From a virus: a stretch of 27,939 nt of DNA. The stretch lies in the IMG/VR virus record IMGVR_UViG_3300026134_000002; one strand, 5' to 3'. Every line of letters begins with the position of its first letter. Position 1 is the stretch's first letter. Below, piece by piece: positions 22,746-27,939 of the stretch. A program made the translations under genes and the position numbers. Below the pieces are notes generated by a model, which did no database searches, was not told the origin of the DNA, and saw only the letters and a program-made list of their open reading frames with translations.

Positions 22746-24362
22746 GTGCCTGTAGTCGCCTTTTCATCTGAGCAACTAAAAGGACGCCGGGTCTATCTGT
22801 TGCTGGAGATCGATTTTGGCACCTTTGGACATTTCCGCCTGAGCACAGAACCACTAACGGTCCCCGGTACAGGCGGTGGACAGTTTGACGGCGGGCTTGA
22901 TGGTTTGACGTTCACAGATTCTGTGGATCTGTTCTCTACCTCCGAGAGCAATCGCAGCGTTTCTGTCGTCGCGTTTCTGCCTGTGGACGTGTCTGCGCTT
23001 GTTGCGCGTGGCTTTGACCCATCACGCGCTACGGCTTCTCTGTCTCAGTGGGTAGACGGCACAAACTACGAAGACCGGCGCCGGGTGTTGTCGTCTTTGG
23101 AGCTTCGTGCGCCTCAGTACGGCGAAAGCTACGAACCATTTAGATTCTCGATCCGGTCGAACCTTTACGATGACGGCTCTGTGATTCCGCCGATTGATGC
23201 AACGATCAATCTTTCAACGTTTCCATATGCTGAGTCATGGCAATTAGGGCACCCCTACCCATGGGTATTTGGCACACCAGGAAAAACACAGAACCCGATA
23301 ACGGGTCTTTTTGGATACAATTATGATTCTGTTGCCTATGCGGTCGATATAGGCGCGGGCGGTTCTCAGTTTTTTCTAGTCGCTGGGCACGAAATGACAC
23401 CAAACACGACAGCGCGAGTAGTCGTCAAGGGCGGTGGATACACAACGATCAACGAGCAAACCGTACAAACTATCAGCGACGGCCTAGGGCGCCGGGTGTC
23501 TGTCGTTCCGGCTGGCGTTTTGGGTGGCCATCCGGATTTCGCAGATGGTGTGGAGTATCTCTGCACGTTCAGCACAGGCGGCGGAATACTGAACGATCAA
23601 CAAACCGAACCCCGGCGGGGTATGGGCGAGATAATAGAGTATCTGCTAGACTACGCTCCTCGGATCTCTATGGACAGAGGGCGAACACGTACAGCGATCG
23701 AGCGTCTGAATAGCTATAATCTTGACGCGGTGATCACTGAGCCTGTCGAGGTTTGGCGCTGGATACGTTCTAACCTGCTGCCGTTTGCGCCCGTTTCAAT
23801 GACTACTGGCCCAGATGGGATGTACCCGATCGTCTGGGATAAGGACTACCTAGAAGCAGACGCGGTGGCTACGGTTGACGCTGTGCACGATCAATGGGAG
23901 CGAACGAGCCCTGTAACGGTCGAGCATCTTGACGGGGAGCCGCGCAACGATTTTGCGATTTCCTACGGTCTACGAATGGAAGACGGCAAAATGCGACACC
24001 GAGCAACGCTCAGCGGTGCAGACAAAGAGTCGAACGCATATGCTCGGACCTCATACCAGCGATATGGTAAGCGCACAAAACCAGAAGAGGAGGCGATCTC
24101 GCTGTATCAAACGTCGGACGTGGATGCAGTCATGCAGTGGTGGAGCCGAATCTACGGATTTCCGATCCGCTCTGTTGAATACACGGCCCCCATTGAATGG
24201 GGTTGGCTAGAAGCTGGAGCTTCGATCGTGTTTTCTGATAGTCGGCTTAATGTCAGTGACCAGATGGCGATCGTGCAGGCTATAGAATGGAGCGAGGAAC
24301 AGATTATTGGTCTTCGTTTGGTGTGGGTCGAGGATCTGCCACGCGACGATCGCGCAATATGA
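22746..24362 (+). CDS. Tail/baseplate protein, 538 aa (function unknown)
   Basis: GTG 22746 follows a GAGGAG RBS. The call rests on position in the distal tail module. No motif is claimed. Confidence 0.55.
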   Translation: MPVVAFSSEQLKGRRVYLLLEIDFGTFGHFRLSTEPLTVPGTGGGQFDGGLDGLTFTDSVDLFSTSESNRSVSVVAFLPVDVSALVARGFDPSRATASLSQWVDGTNYEDRRRVLSSLELRAPQYGESYEPFRFSIRSNLYDDGSVIPPIDATINLSTFPYAESWQLGHPYPWVFGTPGKTQNPITGLFGYNYDSVAYAVDIGAGGSQFFLVAGHEMTPNTTARVVVKGGGYTTINEQTVQTISDGLGRRVSVVPAGVLGGHPDFADGVEYLCTFSTGGGILNDQQTEPRRGMGEIIEYLLDYAPRISMDRGRTRTAIERLNSYNLDAVITEPVEVWRWIRSNLLPFAPVSMTTGPDGMYPIVWDKDYLEADAVATVDAVHDQWERTSPVTVEHLDGEPRNDFAISYGLRMEDGKMRHRATLSGADKESNAYARTSYQRYGKRTKPEEEAISLYQTSDVDAVMQWWSRIYGFPIRSVEYTAPIEWGWLEAGASIVFSDSRLNVSDQMAIVQAIEWSEEQIIGLRLVWVEDLPRDDRAI

Positions 24363-24387
24363 TACAAATGAATCGGAGGGTTTAAAC

Positions 24388-24705
24388 ATGGCCGCAATAG
24401 ATACAGCCGGGGCATCGTACCCCAACAACAAAAAGGTGACTCTCTCAGGCACCCCAAACACGATGGCGGAATTTCTGATCCCCGGCAATGCTGAACGGGT
24501 CGAGATTCAGTTTGTAGGCGCGGCCGGTGTGGTCGTCTTCCAAGGCGGCACAGATGGCGCTGTTGTCTCTTCTGAGGTCGCTTACCCGGTCCCGGCTGAT
24601 TCGTCGTTTTGGTATCCGCTGCCGCGCAGCAAGCAAGATCATTCTGTGTGGGTTGCCTCTGGTAGCGCGTCCACTGTCTGTCATATCGTCATCTATGAGG
24701 CTTGA
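24388..24705 (+). CDS. Small tail-module protein, 105 aa
   Basis: ATG 24388 is preceded by GGAGGG, so the ORF-track start at 24307 is rejected. The sequence is beta-rich. The stop overlaps the fibre gene region. Confidence 0.55.
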   Translation: MAAIDTAGASYPNNKKVTLSGTPNTMAEFLIPGNAERVEIQFVGAAGVVVFQGGTDGAVVSSEVAYPVPADSSFWYPLPRSKQDHSVWVASGSASTVCHIVIYEA

Positions 24706-24707
24706 TC

Positions 24708-26630
24708 ATGCCGTTTACACCATCTAGCTCTTCCATTCTTGGCTCAGGCGGCGCGGTCGTCGCTTCTGATCTTACCGTTGACGGCTCCACTGTTACTGTG
24801 GATGAGACAAACAACCGCCTCGGAGTCAACACAGATGCGCCCCTGGGCACCGTTGGCGTTGACGGCGATCTGTATTTTCAGCCCACAACCATCTCGACCA
24901 GTCACGTATACACGGACGGGTCGTTAGACATCCGCTGTACGGACAACCTCAAGATCGGCACAGATGGCGCCGACAGTGTGAAGATTGGCCGAACCAACAC
25001 CGCACTAGCAAAGGTGGCTATTAGGTCAGGCGGAGAGAATGACCTAGTTGTCTCAAATTCCATGGTTGGAATCGGAACAGAGACACCGACACAGGCCCTG
25101 GAATTAGACGGAAATATACAGCTATCTCCTAGCGCCATTAGTACGGCTCATGTCTTCACTGAGGGATCGCTGGACCTGAGGGCCACAGCAAACATTAAGA
25201 TCGGCACAGATGGCGCAGACAGTGTAAAGATCGGCCGCACAAACACCGGGGCCGCTAAATGCCACGTAAGAAGCGGCGGAGAGAATGACCTAGTTGTCTC
25301 TGATTCCATGGTTGGAATCGGCACCGATAGTCCCGATCACACTCTGAGCGTAGCCGGCGACATTGATTTGACCGGCGCGCTGTCTTTTGGCGGCGCAGGG
25401 GCGGCCATAACCTCGATCGATACGGATCTGTCATCGGTGAGCGGTTCAGATGACACGCTGGCAAGTGCCAAGGCCATCGGCGCTCAGCTAGACACAAAGA
25501 GCCCGATCGCGGGTAGCGGCAGCATCGTAACTGTTGGCGCGCTCGATAGCGGCAGCATCACAAGCGGCTTCTCATCGATTGACGTTGGTAGTGGCGCTAT
25601 CACAACCACCGGCGCTGTGGGTACTGGACCGATCACCACTGCGCTGTCATCGGCCACCGGTATCCTGATTAATCAGGACTATTCAGACACCAACGCGGCT
25701 ACTGTGGTGGGTCTTGACGTAGACATAGACAAAACGGGAGCCTCCACTAGCGACAACACAATGATTGGCGTTAACGTCGACATGGACAATACCACGCCCA
25801 CAGGCGGAACTAACAGCATGACCGGGATCAAGGTGACCCCGACGTGTACCCAAGTATCCGGCACCGGTGGAACGTTCAGCGTGAAGGGTATGGAGGTGGT
25901 CGCTACGGGTTCCACAGCGCCTGAAAACTCGACAGTACGCGCACTTGATCTGATTGCAACAGGCGGAGACTATACGCAAGGAATCCTCATCGAGACAGAT
26001 GACGCAAACGGTTGGGATATGAAGATTCTCTCTTCTGCCACGGTTGCGGATTTCTGCACCATTAAGACGGTGGCAAACGGCGCGACAACGATCGAGACTG
26101 TGGACGGCTCAGGGGCTGACGCGGATCTGACCTTCACTGTTGACGGCTCTTTCGATGTCACCGCTACGTCTGCATCATTCGCGGCTGATGTCAGCATTGC
26201 CGAAGCAAAGCACATCAACATATCTGCGCCATCGCTGCCGACCACGGATCACACGTCTACAGGCCTCACCGCTCAGATGCTCGCGGGAGGCGCGATCGGA
26301 GCGTTCCAGACAGTCTGTATTTCGACGGTGGCCAATGAGGTCGTTGTCAGTGATGCAAACGCGGCGGCAACTATGCCGGTTATCGGTATTTGTACGGCTG
26401 CAGCCATATCGGACGCGGCCGTCGGAACTATTTTGCTGCAGGGCTTTATCCGTGATGACTCTTGGTCTTGGACGCCAGGCGGTATCGTCTATGCATCAGA
26501 GACAGCAGGCGGCCTGACACAGACAGCGCCCACCACTAGCGCTGCGCTCGTCCAGGCTCTAGGCGTTGCATTGAGCGCGACGTGTGTTTATTTTTCACCG
26601 GGCTCTGTCACGACTGTTGAGGTCGCATAA
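24708..26630 (+). CDS. Tail fibre, 640 aa, with an internal 82-aa tandem repeat
   Basis: ATG 24708 lies 7 nt after GAGG, and TTG 24702 is an alternative start. The composition is Gly/Thr/Ser/Ala-rich. The repeated segment is KIGTDGADSVKIGRTNT...SGGENDLVVS.SMVGIGT. Confidence 0.7.
   Translation: MPFTPSSSSILGSGGAVVASDLTVDGSTVTVDETNNRLGVNTDAPLGTVGVDGDLYFQPTTISTSHVYTDGSLDIRCTDNLKIGTDGADSVKIGRTNTALAKVAIRSGGENDLVVSNSMVGIGTETPTQALELDGNIQLSPSAISTAHVFTEGSLDLRATANIKIGTDGADSVKIGRTNTGAAKCHVRSGGENDLVVSDSMVGIGTDSPDHTLSVAGDIDLTGALSFGGAGAAITSIDTDLSSVSGSDDTLASAKAIGAQLDTKSPIAGSGSIVTVGALDSGSITSGFSSIDVGSGAITTTGAVGTGPITTALSSATGILINQDYSDTNAATVVGLDVDIDKTGASTSDNTMIGVNVDMDNTTPTGGTNSMTGIKVTPTCTQVSGTGGTFSVKGMEVVATGSTAPENSTVRALDLIATGGDYTQGILIETDDANGWDMKILSSATVADFCTIKTVANGATTIETVDGSGADADLTFTVDGSFDVTATSASFAADVSIAEAKHINISAPSLPTTDHTSTGLTAQMLAGGAIGAFQTVCISTVANEVVVSDANAAATMPVIGICTAAAISDAAVGTILLQGFIRDDSWSWTPGGIVYASETAGGLTQTAPTTSAALVQALGVALSATCVYFSPGSVTTVEVA
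24858..25373 (+). repeat. Tandem 246-bp (82-aa) coding repeat, about 2.1 copies, inside the fibre gene
   Basis: The exact 26-mer GGCGGAGAGAATGACCTAGTTGTCTC occurs at 25029 and 25275, an offset of 246. The flanking aligned segments (AAGATCGGCACAGATGGCGC, ATTCCATGGTTGGAATCGG) show the same offset. Confidence 0.85.
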
Positions 26631-27809
26631 ATGGCAATTGCAAAGGTCAACGACACGCCGGCGGAAAACATAGGCAAAGCCAACAGCGTGCCGATCGCGA
26701 ACGTCGCAAAGTTTGGTGAAGTAGAAGCGCCGGTAGGCGGTCAAACTGCTACACGCTGGGTGGCCGCGCATGATGGCAATGGCCAAGATTGGTACATCAG
26801 CTATGCATCGCATAGTGACCGCAGTAGCTGGTCGGGCACCACTGTCATTGATGGCGACGATCCCGATACATACTGGCTCGCATACGGAAAAATAAGCGGG
26901 AATAACGTATGGGCGGCGGTCACAAGCTCAAACAACATTGAGATCGCGGTAGATGGAAACAACGACGTTACCGACGGATCCACATGGTCGAAGATAAGCA
27001 AAGATAGCTCAAATGAGGATCTTCAAAAGTGTCGCACGATTGCCTGGGGCAACGATGTCTGGATCGCCATGGGCCACATGGCAAGCGGACACCGTGAACT
27101 GTACAGAAGCACAGACGCTGCGTCTTGGGCAGAGATCGATCTGTCAAGCGTAGTGGGCAACGCAACGCAAACTGTCTACGGCCTGGCGTATGGGGGCGGG
27201 TCGCTTTTTGTATTTGGCCAGCATAATAAATTATTCGGAAGTGTTGACTCCGGGGCTACTTGGGCAGAAATCAGCAGCTACCCTGGTGCGGTCGTCTGTG
27301 ATGTCGGGGTAACTAACAACACATTGGTTGTCCTCGATGCGGGTACACCTGGACAGATAAACACCGCTGCAATCTCAGCTATCGAAACAGAGCTTAACGG
27401 TGGTTCAAATTCTGCATGGGGCACTCAAGAACTCACCGATTCGTCAAACCAAAGCATAACAACAGGCACCAGCGGCAACACGCGATCGACGATGGCTTGC
27501 GGTGCGGGTGTTGCTATTGTCGCCCACACCACAAACACTATGGCTCTAGATGTAGATGGAACAACTGTATCGGTGAGGGCATCAGGAAAAGTTGCAGTGG
27601 GCTCGAATAACGTCATCAGCAACAGCATCAATACAATAGCCACAGACGGTAACGGTGTCTGGCTCGTCGGCTCTGATGGTTCAGGCGGCGGAGATGTAGC
27701 ACAAAGCACAGACAATGGGGCTAACTGGACACAGATCGTGGACGGTTTCAATTATGAGGGCGATCGGAAATTCGAGGCCATCAGAGCAAACGTCCACCTT
27801 CCTGTGTAG
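26631..27809 (+). CDS. BNR/Asp-box repeat beta-propeller-like tail protein, 392 aa
   Basis: A GAGG RBS precedes the start. Repeated motifs are SDRSSW, TDGSTW, STDAASW, SVDSGATW and STDNGANW. They alternate with blade-like strands (VWAAV, IAWGNDVWIAMG, LAYGGGSLFVFG, GVWLVG). It is the last structural gene before the endolysin. Confidence 0.7.
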   Translation: MAIAKVNDTPAENIGKANSVPIANVAKFGEVEAPVGGQTATRWVAAHDGNGQDWYISYASHSDRSSWSGTTVIDGDDPDTYWLAYGKISGNNVWAAVTSSNNIEIAVDGNNDVTDGSTWSKISKDSSNEDLQKCRTIAWGNDVWIAMGHMASGHRELYRSTDAASWAEIDLSSVVGNATQTVYGLAYGGGSLFVFGQHNKLFGSVDSGATWAEISSYPGAVVCDVGVTNNTLVVLDAGTPGQINTAAISAIETELNGGSNSAWGTQELTDSSNQSITTGTSGNTRSTMACGAGVAIVAHTTNTMALDVDGTTVSVRASGKVAVGSNNVISNSINTIATDGNGVWLVGSDGSGGGDVAQSTDNGANWTQIVDGFNYEGDRKFEAIRANVHLPV

Positions 27810-27811
27810 AT

Positions 27812-27939
27812 ATGCGCGCAATCAGAAAAATCATCGTCCACCATTCAGCCTCGCCAGCGGTATCACTGGAGAAGATCGACGAGTGGCACAGAGAGCGCGG
27901 ATTCAATCAGGTTGGCTATCACTTTGTCATTCAGGCGGG
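27812..27939 (+). CDS. Endolysin, N-acetylmuramoyl-L-alanine amidase (Amidase_2/PGRP, T7-lysozyme-like), 5' part running off the window end and continuing at nt 122 (equivalently nt 1-404)
   Basis: ATG at 27812 lies 2 nt after the stop of the preceding tail gene. The translation is MRAIRKIIVHHSASPAVSLEKIDEWHRERGFNQVGYHFVIQAG. Confidence 0.9.
   Translation, partial: MRAIRKIIVHHSASPAVSLEKIDEWHRERGFNQVGYHFVIQA
27819..27939. repeat. Terminal direct repeat, copy B (identical to 1-121)
   Basis: Same comparison as for copy A. Confidence 0.97.

Larger units (their letters stand above)
1..27818. mobile_element. Complete tailed dsDNA phage genome, one unit length, with a siphovirus-like structural module
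   Basis: The two window ends overlap exactly by 121 nt. Early, replication, packaging, head, tail and lysis modules are contiguous, no host-like genes are present, and coupled genes are tightly packed. Confidence 0.85.

Noticed and set aside
24858-25373. Fibre repeats as a diversity-generating retroelement (VR/TR pair)
   Set aside because: There is no reverse transcriptase gene anywhere in the genome. The two copies are in-frame tandem coding units and show no adenine-specific mismatch pattern.
1-27939. Terminal repeats as prophage att sites, or the window as an integrated element; also tRNA, rRNA and CRISPR content
   Set aside because: The repeat interrupts a gene that is restored by circularisation, and there is no integrase, transposase or flanking host DNA. 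I saw no cloverleaf-like tRNA sequence, rRNA or regularly spaced repeat array. All tandem repeats are short and coding.

Overview
The window is one complete, small tailed dsDNA phage genome that was assembled as a circle. Nt 1-121 are repeated exactly at 27819-27939, giving a unit length of 27,818 bp, and the overlap cuts through the endolysin gene. The genome is very gene-dense, with about 48 CDS, many joined by ATGA, GTGA or TAATG stop-start overlaps. Two arms diverge from an interdigitated promoter/operator region at 5306-5376 and converge at 1625-1628. The short leftward arm (5305 to 1625, minus strand) encodes an ERF-type annealing protein fused to a Topo-type zinc finger, a Cys4 protein, a winged-helix protein and a beta-class DPPW DNA methyltransferase. 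It ends in a lower-GC, GATC-poor accessory cassette that has its own near-consensus sigma70 promoter. The long rightward arm starts with an XRE/Cro-like regulator, RusA, an O-like initiator with an intragenic iteron origin, and a G39P-like loader. It continues with TerS, TerL, portal, scaffold, major capsid (followed by an intrinsic terminator), connector proteins, tail tube, two chaperone ORFs and the tape measure. It ends with a 1209-aa tail protein carrying BNR/Asp-box motifs, a 538-aa tail protein, a fibre with an 82-aa tandem repeat, a second BNR propeller protein, an Amidase_2 endolysin and four small membrane proteins of the lysis cassette. I recognised no integrase, CI-type repressor, partition genes, DNA polymerase, helicase, tRNA, rRNA or CRISPR. 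The observations most worth follow-up are listed below.
- The lambda-ori-like iteron, palindrome and AT-rich origin inside the initiator gene.
- A several-fold genome-wide excess of GATC and CGATCG alongside a phage methyltransferase.
- The promoter-bearing accessory cassette, which includes a very acidic protein and a coupled micro-ORF.
- The two BNR-repeat tail proteins.
All functional calls rest on motif recognition and gene order read from the translations. No database search was possible.
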